A DNA stretch of 64,000 bases from positions 868,001 to 932,000 of the forward strand of contig ML978127.1 of assembly GCA_010015805.1 (NCBI GenBank), read 5' to 3'. Position numbers and translations under genes: made by a program. Below are positions 35,207-48,897 of this stretch, piece by piece. The DNA is from Rhizodiscina lignyota (taxonomy: Eukaryota). How positions within the stretch are numbered: the stretch's first letter is position 1; each line of letters begins with the position of its first letter. Under the pieces are notes generated by a model that saw only the letters and a list, made by a program, of their open reading frames with translations, did no database searches and was not told the origin of the DNA.

Positions 35207-37985
35207 TTAACCTCGAACGCCGGCAGGCTGCCTAGGATCGAGGCTACTTGAGCTGCTATGAGCACTGGGCTCGGAATCTAGCTGAGCGCTAGCGCCGCTA
35301 TCACCACTCTCCGGACCGCTAGCGCTCGCACTTCCAGTCAGACTGCGAACTTGAGGACTCTTTTTAGGCAGATAAAGGTTGCTCACCCCAGCTTCTTGCT
35401 CAACCTGATGCGGCGCTACCGCATTTCCGTGGCCTGGCGGGTGGCGTGGCATCGGTTGTCTCATCCCGTTCGGCATTCCATTCGGCATTCCATTCGGCGC
35501 TCCATTCGGCACTCCATTCGGCATCGGCATTCCGTTTGGCATTCCATTCGGAGGAGATGGTCTCTTGCCAGGCATACCATTCGGAGGGGCATAGCCATTC
35601 GGTGGCGAGGGTCGCTGACCCGGTGGTCGACCATGTCCAGGACTCAGAGGATTTCCAGGCGATTGAGACTGTCGACGAGTCATTGTTGGATAGCCTCCGT
35701 TTCCTCCAAATCCAGGAATGCGTTGAAACTCGTCCAATCGAGCAGCAGTCAGAGAATTCGTGCGCGATTCATGTCCAAGGGTTTGACGGTCGACATTTCC
35801 GTACCGGTTGGAGGAATAACTCATCAAAGCGTTTTGCATGAGGGAATCACCGAGGTTTGGAATGTCTTGCATCACTCTAGCACTCGTCCGGTTCCTGTTT
35901 CTGCCAAAGGGATTCCTGCTACCACGTGAGGGTGGAGCATCCATGCTTGCCCTGCCAGGTCCACGACGGTTTCTCCGAGATGTGACACTCATCATGTCGA
36001 AATTGTCATCCAACGGTGGCTGGTTCGGGCGAGCTTCCATGGGGTCGAAGTAGTCCTCGTCCTCATCATCGTCGAAGCCTCCTGCTTGTGATCTCGGCGG
36101 TGCCGGAGGAGGTGGTGGCATCCTCTGCTGATTCCGCCTCATGTTGTACTCTTGCTCACGCAGAGCAAGCTCCTTCTGCCGCAGCATCAACTCTCGTTCT
36201 CTGATGGCAAGATCACTCGACGACGAAGCCGCCATGCCCTCTCCGTAGACACCGCCCGGTCCTTCAGTAGCACCACCCTCAGCAACAGAGTCGTAGAGCA
36301 TAACGTGACTGAATTCCTCCAGGTCGTTTCCTTCCGGCGACGGACGTCTATTGCCAGGAGCCTGTCCGTTTGGAGCGTATCCGTTAGGAGGACCACGAGG
36401 GAATCCATTCGGTGGTCCTCTCCTCATGTGTGGCGGTGGTGGTCCATTCATTGAGGGCGCTCTGCCGCCAGCAGGCCGCATTCCATTTTTCATCGGCATA
36501 CCTCCATTCATAGGACCATTCATAGGACCGTTCATAGGACCATTTCGTGACGCTACTGCGGATGACATGCGTGGAGGCGGCTGAATCGTTGTCGGCGATG
36601 TTGGTGCCGCTTCCATCCGAGTCTGATTGACGATGTTCATGTTGCAGAGCACCGCATAAAGCGACTCAATGCGTGGGACGGTGACACCGGCTTGCTCTGC
36701 GAGTCTTATGGGAGCACCAAAGTAAGTTTCCACCTCCATGGGTCTCCTCGCCATGTAGTCTTGATACATGATGCTTTGTGCCTCGTTAGGACGAAGCATC
36801 TCCTCGATAACCCTCTCGCGGAAGTCTTCGGGGAACTTGCAGCCTTGAGCGTGTGCCAAATTGAGTAGCTCATCCATTATGCCCGTTATGACGGGACGGA
36901 CTCCAGTCTTGTTGAATAGCTCAGCATGGTTTGGAGTCTCAAAGATGACGCTCGTGGTGTGGAAGGCAATTGGTCTGTGAGAAGTCTGTTTAGTAGGACT
37001 GTGCATTTGTTATTGAGAACGCTTCACTCACCCAATCATTCGCTCGTATTGCTGTTGCCGGATGTTCTCAGAGACTCTGCACTCTACTTGCCCAGAGCTC
37101 AATGTCATGGCCAAGGCGTCCGACATATCAGACAAGATCTGTTGAGGAACACCGCGTTGCTTGTTGGCAGCGCCAACCCAGATGTCCGTTGCGCCTTTGT
37201 GTTCGAACTCGCTTGCCCCCAGTTGAACAAGCTCCGCACCCGACACCAATGACAGCACAATGTTTGTTGGGAAGCGCTCCTCAAGATATGTCTCGATGCC
37301 GAGTGAATGTGTGGTGTTGATTAGGATGCAGGTGTGTTGGGGAGCAACAACGTTCTCGACGATGGAGGCAAGATCGTAAACATCGGGCAGCGCCTTCACG
37401 CAGAGGAGGACGTAATCGAACGATCCGCCCGCGGCCTTTGCAGCTTGGGCCGCTTCTTCCGGTGTCCTGACGACTTTACGATACAATTAGAGTGTTCAAG
37501 GATGGGGAGGAAGATTCACTTACCAGAATGTGGTCTGAACCGCTCGTTGCCAAATAATTTCGACCTGAGCACGCTCTGATTAGTACGACCGTGCACCAAT
37601 GGCGAGCGTCAGTGCGAATGTTTACTTACTTGAACGAGATGCCGTATTGTGACACGCTCTCGTAGCCGGACTTCCACACGAGAGTGACGTCGCAAGCGTT
37701 GGTTGCTTGCAGTCGCCATGACAGAAAGGCGGAGACGGCATTGCCGCCAACTGCAGCGCAGGTCAAGTTAGCCTTGGGGCGGTCTCTCATTGCTGGCATG
37801 GTGAAGAAAGGATCTCGAGGTGAGTGTTGTAGGAAAGCAGAAGAGACGCGAGGTGCGAAGCCGAGAAAGAGCTCGGAGGGCTAGGAGAGAAAAGTGGAGA
37901 GGCGAGACATTGTGGCTTCATTGGAGTGCTGGCTCGCGATAAACGCACCTGAAAGGATACGCAAGCGTGCACTCGTCGGCGCCAT
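35207..37985 (-). CDS. Ketopantoate-reductase (PanE/ApbA)-like protein of the Svl3/Pam1 type with long low-complexity C-terminus, multi-exon
   Basis: Spliced MAPTSARLRILS/VGGNAVSAFLSWRLQATNACDVTLVWKSG; FDYVLLCVKALPDVYDL; QQQYERMIG/PIAFH; MYQDYMARRPMEVETY. Confidence 0.85.
35466..35551 (-). repeat. Coding 12-nt tandem repeat encoding (PNGM/PNGV/PNGA)n
   Basis: Repeated CCATTCGGCATT units on the + strand. Confidence 0.85.
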
Positions 37986-40900
37986 GAGTACCGATTGCGG
38001 CCGCAGGCCTTTTAGATATCAGAGCGGTGTGCGCAGGCTGTATTGCGGCGGGAGTGTTCTGGTTGTTGTTATGGTGGTGCTGCTCGCGCTGCGTTGCGTT
38101 GCTGTGAAGAGACAGATCCTTGCGCGACGTTGGGAAGTGTTGGCCGCGGGCACGGACGCCGCCTGCTTGCTCTGCTGCTTGCTGGCGGGTGAAAGAAACG
38201 AGCGAACGCAGAATCAAAGGACCTGAGCTCGGCCTCGACCCGCAAAGCGACTTGGCTTGACACGACAGCGACTGTGGGATGGGTAACGAGGGTGTGTGCG
38301 AGAGAGTGCGTGCGTGCGTGGATGGAGGTCGGCGGGAGAGGAGGAGTTAAGGTTCAGGTTGGCAGCGTTTGCAGGCGGGCGCGAGTGGAGAGCGCACTGG
38401 CGGCGTGCAGGGAGCAGAGGGCAGCGCGCTCCGTAAGTGGGCCAGCATGCACTTGCAGAGGATAGGTAGCAGTATGCTCTGTCAGAGCAGCCCGATGCAG
38501 CAGGATCAACTGTGATATTCGTGCTCGCACCGCTGCGTCTACTCCGCGTGCGCGTCCGCAGCTATTTTCACGGCGGCAAGAAGCCGCGCTGGGCTGTGAT
38601 ATGGACTATGGAAAGCCTCGACCGAGCGTGCTCTCTGTACTGCTGCTGGCTGGCGCGGGCTCCTGCAAGCACTTCGGCATGCGCGTGTGGACATACTCTC
38701 CATGGGACATGTCTACTCCGTCCAGGCATCAGAGCTTGCATGGACCACAGGCGCGCTCAAAGCGCCGTAATAGGCCCTCCTCACCACCACCGCCGCCGCT
38801 CGATTGGCCACGACGAGGCATTGGAGGCAGCTTCTCGTCTCGCATATCTTCCGGCTCCGCCTATACACAAATGCACATCCCACACGTTGTCCTCCCTCGT
38901 CGCCACCAGACCCTGATTTCTTGTACATATCTCGAGTCGACATGGGGCAATGCATCCATCCGAGCATCAGGACGACCTAGCTCCGGACACATTCTACACA
39001 CTACAGTCACTCCGTTGCGCGGCCCATCTCGCACGAGCAGTGCGCTCCTCGTCGTGAATCAGATTGCCAGGCCCGGACGGCGATGCGCATCACCATCCTC
39101 ACCCTGCCTGAGCCTCCAGTGTCCCATGTCCATTGATCAATTGCGGAAGCATCCGGTATTTGACGTGCGCGCAATGGCCAGCCTCCCACGATGTCGGGAT
39201 GCGTGCGAAACGAGTGACGACAGTGGCCTCACGCCCGCTAGCCCCGAAGCGCGCTGGCGGCCACGCTCCGCCAGGCTCTCCCTGCCCGTGCTCATTTCGC
39301 ACTCGCACTCGCCATTCCTCTGAGCCGCCTGGCCTGGCGTCGAGCCCATCGAGATACACATTCAAGCGCCGTTGAGCCCCCTTTACCGCTCAGATAAGGA
39401 CTTACCCGCCAGAAGAGTGAAGCGACGCTGTCCCTTCCGGCAAGGGACGACGCACACAGCCACCTGCACCTCAGCGGCGAGAGCCCCTGATATCACGACA
39501 TCGCGCTGCTCGAGTTCTCGCTCTGCACCACGATATTGTTTCAGGATCCCGCTGTCGCAGAGATGACAGCTCAATCTGAATCTTCCACCACCGCTCTCCC
39601 TGCTGAAACGAAAATAGAAAAGTCCCGCCACGTCCCCGCCGATCAGACGCCTGGAAGGCGCCTCCATGTCCGCCACACGCATGGGCACTACCGAACTCGG
39701 GCGCTGGACGTCACTTTGAGACAGCAATACTCGAGTCATGGTGGACAACACCTGTTCGGTACCCTAGGCAATAGCTTTCAAAATTATCACTTTAGCTAGA
39801 GCACAAGACGTCTAAACGCTCTAGCCTCGTAACCTTTCTCCATCCTGCCTGTCGGTCCGAAGCGTCAAGCCACTCGTTCTATCGTCTTTCTCCTTTCAGA
39901 ATTCTTCGAAGCGCCCAATGAGATTGCGCGCGACGTTTTGCAGGATACTGCATCCTATCGGCGCCTCTTTTGCTGCATTCTTTTTCGCACTCATCTCCGC
40001 GCCCTGCCATCTGAATCAAGTTTTTGGAAGTTTGACAGGGCCTATGCGCTTCTCAATGTGGTCTTTTGCCCCCGGATGGCGATCATCCGAGTTGTCACTA
40101 CGCACGTTCTTCGCTGGCCAACAAGTCCTTCGAGAGCTTTGAACTTCCTCACCCACAGCCCGGCGAACGTCCAGAATGTGGCAATCGAATTTCAAACGAA
40201 ATGCCATGCTCGTGGCCATCGTGGCATTTCTCTATACGAATACGCTGAGTGGCGATGGCCATTGCCGGCCCTGCAGCATCGCGTCGATCAAACGATAGAC
40301 TGCTCCCACGCCTCTGCCCATCGTCCACCAGTTTCAGCATCGCATTGTGAATATCGCATTGTGAGGTTTTGCCTCCATGTATCATCATTTCCATTCTGGC
40401 GTCTCAGACTCGTCCTTTTTTTCTCCTACCCAACGCACGCCAACCCAATAGCCAAGCCACACCCGCCTTTTCGATAATAAGGCCAATTCAGGGTCTGCCC
40501 TGCCTATTTCGTCGAATTCGGGTCCTGACCTGTTCGTTCTCGAACACTTTTTGGCTCGGTGCCGTTGGCCTAAACCCCGGCCCTATCACCTCCTCATTTG
40601 CCGTCGACTGCAGTTTGCCTATCAGTCTGCCCTCCCACGGACCTGACTCCGCCAATCCCTATCTACAAACGCTCCAAACGGGCGCAGGAGACCCTCAGGA
40701 CCAACGTTCCTGCGTGCTCCACATTTTCCCCAACCTTCTGGTTGTTAAGCCCCAGGAGCCTAGGATTCGTCCAAGTAATCGTATTTTTTTTCGATCCTCA
40801 CGGATGATTTCAAACGTGTCGGTGAGTCCTGTCAGTGAGCAGGCCCAGGATGTCACTTGCCAGATTTTCTCGCCTAAGACCAAGCTTTCGCACCGTACAT

Positions 40901-41548
40901 CTCAGCTCACTCACCGGCCTCGCGGGCCTTGAGATCCAGTCCCCGGAGGAGATCTCATACCGAGCACGTAAGCATCCAAGGCACAACCCCAACAGAGACA
41001 GAGACACCCCAGCATTCGACTGTGTCGCTGCTTAGCGCAAGGAGGCAATCTCCGCCACGTTCCGCCGTCAGGGCCTTCCTGGCCAAGTATAGGCCAAAAT
41101 TGCCGACTCCGACACCAGCGCAGAAAATGCATCTCGAGAGGTTGGGGAACAGTCAGATCAATCGAGCATGGTCACGTAATTCTGGGACCACGCGATACGT
41201 TGGCATGTCACTTAAGGGGCGAATCTTATGAGGCTAAAGAGAGTGAGGGAAGATGTGCTTGCCCTGCAGAGGCAAGATGTACCTGGTTTCCATGCTTTAA
41301 TCCTGAGAGAAGCAGGCATTTAGAGTACAAGCTGTAGACGATTCCATCCATCCATCCGTTCGTCGCCGTACCCAAATTTCAAGATAACAGACCCCATCGC
41401 AATTTTTGGAGAAAGTGTGAGATGGGTGTTCTCACGACACTGCTGAAACATTCGCAAAGTTGTGCGCAGCTCTGTAAGAAAAGAGAAAGTGTCCACCTGC
41501 TGCTTGTTCACTAGCATAGTGATTAGTGGACGGCGCCTTGAGAGCTGC

Positions 41549-43473
41549 TTAGTCCGCCATGTACGCGCTCTTGTCCACTCCTCCCTCAGGGAACTCCGGC
41601 AAGGGGACATTGAACCTCGACTCGATAGCCTTGAGCACCTCCTGGTCCTGCTCACTGCTCACGAACGAGATGCTGAGACCCTTCGTTCCGAAGCGGCCCG
41701 CGCGACCCACACGATGCAGGTACGAGTCGGCGTCAGCGGGGAGGTCGTAGTTGATCGCGAGGTTGATGCGCTCGATGTCGATGCCGCGGCCGAAGACGTC
41801 GGTGGCTACGCAGATACGAGCCTTGAACTCCTTGAAGTCGCGGTAGCGCTTGATACTGTTCTGGATTAACATAAAACTGGTTCGATACACATCGTTTTGG
41901 ATTTGCCAAGGACATACCGCTCCTCCTGGCTGACACCGGAGTGCACAGCGATGCTGGGGAAGTTGCACTCGCGTAACAACTTGTCGAGTTCAGTGGCACG
42001 CACGGTGCTCTTGACGAAGATGATGACCTGGTTGAACTCAAGCTGGTCGAGGAGATCGTTCAGCTTGCGGTTCTTCTCGTGCTCGCTGAGCTTGATGTAG
42101 AACTGCTTGAGACCGTGGAGGGTGAGCTGCGCGTCGTCTACGAGGATGGGCACAGTCTCCTTCTGCATGAACTTCAAGCAGACCGGCTTGGTCTCGGCAG
42201 ACAGAGTGGCGGTGAACATCATGACCTGCTTGCTCGTGGGCGTAGCGCGGAAGATCTCCTGAACGTCACGACGCATATCTGCATTGAAATACACTGTTAG
42301 AGTACGCCGTCGACTCCCTGGATTCTTGGGAGTGCACTTACCGACTTGATCAAGCATCTTGTCGCACTCATCGAGGATGAAGTGGGTGATGGATCCGAGA
42401 CGAAGCTTCTTGTCACGAACAAGGGCGTTCAAGCGGCCAGGGGTGGCGACGATGATATGAGGGTGAGTGTCCTTGTTCGCAAGGATCTCAATGTCCTTCT
42501 GCATGGGAGTTCCACCGTAAAAGACTGCAGTCTTGATGTTGGGCATGTACTTGCTGAAGCGGGCATACTCGTTCTTGATCTGATAAGCCAACTCGCGCGT
42601 GTGGCACATGACCAGAACGGAGGTCTCGCCATCGATAGGCTCCATGGTCTGAAGAGTAGCCAGAACGAAGACAGCAGTCTTACCAAGACCGGACTTGGCC
42701 TGGCAGAGGACATCTTGTCCGAGAATCGCCTGAGGAAGCGCCTGCTGCTGGACTGTGAGGCACCGTGTGTTAGAAGATTTCGTATCGAAGTTATGCGCAA
42801 AGAACGACTCGAGCGGCGTGCCATCCGTCCATCTCGCAAGCGAAGCAGCATGACGCCGAAGATGCAATCCAACGTGTCCAACAAATACGATCAACAACAA
42901 CATTCTCTTTCAGAAGTGAAAGGCTATTCGTTGCCTCGTCGTCTCCCATTCCACCTCGCTGTTCAGCCGCAGCGCTATTCTCAGTTCATATCCATGCCAT
43001 TGCTCTGGAGAGTGAAACTGGAAGCTGCCGAACACGACTTTCTTCCTAGGAGGCGAGACTCCCATAGCATTCGATCCACGCGAAGCTAATCGTGGCGTCC
43101 GCAAAATAACGCGCTTGCCAGTATATATTCAGGTATGTCATGATAAATGGTTCCCCTTCATCTTCTTGCTTCTGCGATGATGGACGGACGGCTTCTGGAA
43201 AAGACTTTGGAGAAGGAGTTTCAAGTAAGACTAACCCTCGGAGGGATGTTCGAAGCCGCAGTCGGTAATAGCGCGCAGAAGCTCCGGCTTCAAGAGGAAG
43301 TCGCGAAATCCAGAGGAGTGGATGCCAACATAGCTACCCTTCTTGTCCATGGCGGCTGCATCGCCACCCTTCTGCTGGCCATTCGGCGCGGCAGCTACGG
43401 CGCCAGTCGCGGGGGCATCGTTGGTCTGGAGCTCCTCGTCGGAGTAGTCGATGAGATCTTCCTCGTGAGACAT
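41549..43473 (-). CDS. SUB2: DECD-box ATP-dependent RNA helicase Sub2/UAP56; introns 42753-43235, 42279-42341, ~41855-41917
   Basis: [63 protein letters not shown]. Confidence 0.96.
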
Positions 43474-43970
43474 TTTGGTTCGAGTGAAATCAAGTGAAGT
43501 GAAAAGTGGTTAGGTAGAAGTGAAACAAGGCTGAACCGCGAGGCGGTTGTTGAAGGGAGATCGGAGATGTCGCGTGAGCTGAGAGGTGTTAAGATCTCTC
43601 AGATACCGCAGCAGATGGTGTCGAAGGTGAAAGTCTTCGACGTCGGAGTTGTGGGTGAAAGGTTGGAGGTGGCGGAGTGAAGTTGAGGTGAGAAATCTCA
43701 AATATGGGGGGAAGTTGCGGTTGCGGCTTTGCCAAGCACGCCAAGACCACAACACGCTAACGCGATCACGTGACGTGAATACCGCGTTTCCGTTTTCGTA
43801 AATTCGTTTTCACGCCTGCGAACAAGAGCGAGAAGGTTCTAGTCCGTCCACAGCAGCATTACGGTTGGGAGCAAAACAGCGAAGGCGAAGATACAGTCTG
43901 GAGCTATGACGCCAGCAGCTCCGCGGAAGGTGTAGCAAAACGGTGGCGATAACACCCTCTGACAACCACG
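43474..43970. promoter_or_regulatory. Bidirectional promoter SUB2/RPR2 with ATCACGTGAC E-box at 43765-43774
   Basis: Head-to-head genes; motif read directly. Confidence 0.45.
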
Positions 43971-44513
43971 ATGGCAAAATCCAAAGCGTCGAAAAGCACG
44001 AGGACTGTTCCAAACAAACATCTCCATTCTCGCGTTGCATATCTCTACGAAGCGGCGACATACCTTTTGTCGCAGAAGACAGGGGACATCACGGCGCAAA
44101 AGACTACCACAGGCGAAACAGAAAGCCCACCTATTGAATCAGATCAAGTAAACGAAAGTCAGAGTTCAAAATTGAAGCACAAGGGTCTCCCAAATCACCT
44201 TGTGGAGCATATTCATTCCATTTCTCGGCGGGGCCAAATCCACCTGTCTCCTGACGTGAAACGCACCTTTTGCAAGAGCTGCAACACTCTTCTCATATCC
44301 GGCTCAACCTCATCATCACGGCTGGAAAATAGGAGTCGTGGAGGCAAGAAGCCCTGGGCAGACGTGCTCGTTGTCAAATGTCTAAGCTGTGGTGCCGAGA
44401 AGCGCTTCCCCGTTGGCAGCGAGCGTCAGAAGAAAAAGGCCGATAGAGTCACTAAGGACAAGAGCGCAGAAAATCCTGAAGGAAAGTCTTCACAGATGGA
44501 TGTTGATCATTAA
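43971..44513 (+). CDS. RPR2: RNase P protein subunit Rpr2/Rpp21 family
   Basis: HLHSRVAYLYEAA, KRTFCKSCNTLL, VVKCLSCGAEKRF (two CxxC zinc motifs). Confidence 0.85.
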   Translation: MAKSKASKSTRTVPNKHLHSRVAYLYEAATYLLSQKTGDITAQKTTTGETESPPIESDQVNESQSSKLKHKGLPNHLVEHIHSISRRGQIHLSPDVKRTFCKSCNTLLISGSTSSSRLENRSRGGKKPWADVLVVKCLSCGAEKRFPVGSERQKKKADRVTKDKSAENPEGKSSQMDVDH

Positions 44514-44569
44514 AGTATAAGGTCGACGTATGTACGGACGTGAAGAAGTAAATATCCAACAAAGCGAGC

Positions 44570-47500
44570 TCATGAATCAGCCTCCGCTTCTCTCGTCATC
44601 AAAGGCCAGCTCTCTACATCCACCAAGTGCGTTTCGCCGCATGCACTTTTCACGATCATAACCAGCTCGTCTGTCGCGTTGATGAACTGCACAAAGGAGC
44701 TGACGACGACGCAATATTTCCTGTAATCCTCGTTCATAATCATGTCTTTGCTCACAACGTCCTCTCCAGCCTGCAGTTTCTGCACCTTGCGCTGCAGACC
44801 TAGACATCTCGCGGTCAAGGGCACAGGGAGCACCGCTGGAAGTGGATCGCTTGTTTTGAGCGTCTGTTCGATCAGCGTCAGAACGGCCATTATGTCGCCT
44901 ATGATATTCTCGTCCAGAGCGCCGGACAGCCTAGCGAAGCGGTCCTTCAGATGCTGCGGCAGCTTCGCGGAGAAAACGATCATCTGGACCATCGCCGAAT
45001 TGATCGTCATGCAGAGAGCGTTCAATTTGACTAGCGTATCAGAGTCAAAACTGGAGCTTGAGAACTCTAACTTGAGCATCTTGAGAGGCCCCATAAGGGA
45101 GGACTGCGTGTTACCAATTGCCAACGCCTCTTTCTCAACGGTGTCGAGAAGGCCGTCGTATGGATCGTTGAAAGTGGCGACGAAGAGGGCGTAGAGATCC
45201 TTGATGTTGCGAATCGTACCAGACATAACTTGCCTGAAATGTCGCGAGGCGGATGGTGGTCGAGGGAAGAACATGACGATGGCAGAAGCGCCGAAACCGA
45301 CGATAACAAGTAGCATACGGCGCCAAAACACATTGTACCCAACGCCCGGATTTCCATAGCTAGGAATGTGTCTTTCTGTTGGTTAGCCCTTGATGCCGGT
45401 CATAAGAAAGAGAGTCCAGACTTACGTATCGACCCAGCTGTATGCCATAGTCAGGTACACAGTCGCCGCCATCAACATCCAGAATTGCATAAACTGAAAC
45501 CCGGTGAAGAGACGACCCCACATCAGCAGAATCGTGACCACGCCCATGATAGCTGCCATTCCATAAGGGTTTCCAGGTCCGTTGCCAGCACCAATGTACC
45601 AGCACGCCATGCCAATGATGCCACCGAACACAGTGCCACTGATACGAAGTACTAACCCATAGACGAAGTCGGAGGTGTAGGTCCCCATACCCATCTGCGC
45701 CATGATCAAAGCCCACAAGCCCTTCTCCCGATAATAGAAGCCAGCAGACGAAGTGCAAACCGCTGGGACGCCCACGGCAATAGTTACTATGACAACGCGA
45801 GTCGCAAAGAGCGCGTCGTCATTTGTCAGCCAGTTGGTAACTGCCAAAACGAACTTGCTCAGCGGAGATCGTTGCCTCCCGGCATGATATCGGAGTGTTT
45901 CGAGCTGGATGCCTGTCTCATGGGCATCTGTCTCAGTCTTCTCCTTCCTTTGGGCCCTCTTCGACTTCTTGGACTGCTTCTCCTGCTCGACCACGGTCTC
46001 GACTCTCTCGAGCTCTCCTGGGCCCGTATCACCAAGAGCGCCGACAGAAGGCGTGGGAGTGGCTCCAACCGCCCACGCAAAGAAGTGTCGAATTCCTGTA
46101 GGAAACCAAATTCGATTCTTGGTACGGCCTTTCTCGAGCTCCACGATGCGCTTAAGCAGCATGTCCAGCGACCGTGCCACACCCAGGATCCTTTCCTCGA
46201 ATAGCAGGCCAAGCATGAGGCCATGGACAGGCACCACTGTATCGTCGCTATCGTTTGTGGGGATGAGATGGCCATTCTCGTCGAACAAATGCGCATGCGG
46301 GTCCATCAAACGATCCGTGGCCATGCTTGCAAACTCAGTGATGTGCTGGTTCAATTTCTGGAGTACATCTGAATGCTTGGTGGAAAGCTGCTCGCACTGC
46401 TCTGTAGATAAATGCCGGAACCACCGCCTCTCGTTGACATTTTCGATCGCTTCAACCATCGCCTCAATGGCATCGCTGCAGCTTAATAGGATGTCGTGGC
46501 TCGAGTCCATCAAAGCTTGCATGCTCTTCCAGAGTAAATCTTCAGTCTGCGGATGGTGGAGTTTGTGTCGCGTATCAAGCGCCAACGCCAGCTGGTGCGC
46601 GCCGACTGCACCCTTTTTGGTATCGTCGCCACTCTGAAGCGCCTCCTCGATATCATTCATTGTTCTGTGTCGAGTTCGAGCTTCTACACGGCTAATCTGC
46701 AATTGCATAAGACCAGCATACATGGTGACAACCTTGGTCATTGGTTCCTGCAGAGACGTGATATCTTCAGCATTCCAACGACACGTGGACAAATCCAGCG
46801 GCAGGAATCCGAGAGACGCCTGGACCTCTTTGTATGCCATGATGGTCCCGCCTTTTGCTTGCTGCAGCTTGAGAAGGTTAAAACGTGCTTCCGGGTGCGA
46901 GAAGCTTGTCAAGCATGCGCTGAAGAAGTCTTTCATCGGCCTCAGAACGTTTTGCATATCAAAGAGTGTCTTGTGTGATGTTGATTCCGGGAAGAGGAAG
47001 ATATTGCATACCAGCCCGACTCCTGCTCCTGTCGCAGCAGGCTTAAGAAGGAGTTGAGCAATAGTGCCATTGAACGAGGGAATGAGAGGCGCGATTACAA
47101 GGAAAATGTCCATGATGATCCAGCTGAACATCGCCATGAGCGCCAGTTTGGGAACTTTAGCACGAAGCCGGGCCATGAAGTACACAAAGATACAGATCAT
47201 GCCGAAGTAAGTGATGGAGATGCGCGTGTCAAGCATAAAGCCCTCGAAGACGAGAATTTGGGTATACTCGGCTTGTCCGGATGCTTGCTCAGTGTTGTTC
47301 GCCAATTGCTGTGCCGTCCGACCCAACTCCTGGAGGCGTGCTTGGGTCTCTGCTGCTGGTCGCGTGGATAGCGCTGCTTTCATAGTAATTACACCCCAAC
47401 CCCATCCCATGGCCATGCCAAGGAGAAGAGTGAGGCATCCCAGAGCCTGGATGAAGACAATGCCGTTACAAGGGATAATAAAGAGCAGGATACTGTATCC

Positions 47501-47898
47501 AGTCAGATATGATATGTTGTATTTCGCGATTAAACACTTGTAACATACCATCCAAAAAATGTAGCTTGTCCATATGTTCTTAGCACTGGGTTGATGAAAA
47601 TGAAGAGCGTGTACACCCAGACAGCGATGGAACATTTGAATAGGATTTTCAAATCTCTCAAGTTGAAATGGTCGAGCCATGGCGGGAGGGCCTTCTCTTT
47701 CCTTGGTTTTCCGTCTTTATCCAGGAAGAATGGACTGTCGACCTCCTCGGCGACTTCGTTCGATTTGAGTGCAGTTCCATTGCCAGCCTTGTCTTCGGCT
47801 TTGTCCATGTACGTATCGTCGCTCGCATTTTGTTTCAGCTCTGCATCGGATGCGTCCTGTTTAAGCTCTGCGTCCGGTTTCTCTTCACTCGAGGCCAT
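44570..47898 (-). CDS. Aromatic-acid-exporter/FUSC-like multi-pass membrane protein (ER transporter 6TM N-terminal type), 2 introns
   Basis: LPPWLDHFNLRDLKILFKC, LGMAMGWGWG, FYYREKGLWALIMAQ, WYIGAGNGPGNPYG, YSWVDT/HIPSYGNPGVGYNVFWRR. Confidence 0.8.
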
Positions 47899-48897
47899 TG
47901 TGATTTCAATGGCGAGTTGGAGTTTCGGGCATCAATTTTGCATGGCAAGTTGACTTTATATTGTGGCACAGTCGGGTTCCCCGGCTTCCTTCGCAATCGC
48001 TTTTCGGTCGGTCGCAAAAAGCACGAAGGTGGCTCCAGTTTTCGCGCGCCGATAACGCAAAGTCGTGTTAAATTGCAAATGACAATGACGGGAAGAAGCA
48101 AACGAACAACGTCACGCCTAGCAATTTTTCCAATTGAGCAGGGAGATGCACATAAAAACGATTCAAGCAGCATGTCTGGGGCATGAAGGAAGGCCTTAAT
48201 AAGCAGCCATATTGTACAGCTAATAATCACGAGGTCCCAGATCCGCGATAGAAGGTGCAGGTGGTTCGGCCGCGTTACTGGCTGGACGCAGGCGAAGCCT
48301 GTCCAACGCGGTAAAAGAAGCAATAAGCATTGCGGCCGCTAACTCCCATCCATGCGAAACATCAAGAAAAGCCGGCCGAGCAGAGCAGATTTGGTAAGGA
48401 CGAGTTGGATTGGGCTGCGCTTCCGTGCATGCCATTGAGCGGCGCTCCTTCAGGCTCAACACCTGGCAATGGCGCTTCGGTGCGATCAATAACCACTCCG
48501 CTGGCCGGGCGTTTAACTTCAGAATAAATACCGGTATTCGTCGCTGTCCACATGCTCGAGATGATACGGAGGAGAGCTTTACCCGCGTAAGGACTGGATA
48601 GGAGGCGGCTGTGCTGAAATGGCTAAGGCTGTGACGTTGGGGGCCAGCCTCTGCCGATCTTTTTTCAGGGACCACAGCCAAGGTGAACAAACAATGAAAC
48701 CAGCTTTCAACATTCGCTCTCATCTTCAATTTCACAGTCGTTCTGAACTCGATAACTAGTCTGTCTTCATCTGTCCATATTCAAACCATCTGCGAAAGTG
48801 CCTATATTTCCAACACTCCCTGATCGCCCTTTCGTCTCACCTCCTTTCAGCTTCAAGCACCAAGCGTTCACTCTCGTTTCATAAAGAAATCGCAGCA

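Noticed and set aside
35466..35551. Regularly spaced repeats superficially like an array
   Set aside because: Coding tandem repeat without unique spacers in a eukaryotic gene; not CRISPR.
38601..39323. 240-aa ORF
   Set aside because: Ser/Arg/Pro-rich with no domain signature, in GC-rich DNA where long ORFs arise by chance.
42975..42990. Ten nucleotides in the SUB2 intron (AACUGAGAAU) that could pair with a conserved 18S rRNA stretch
   Set aside because: Needs two G-U pairs, relies on a recalled rRNA sequence, and there is no canonical C box; too weak to call a snoRNA guide.
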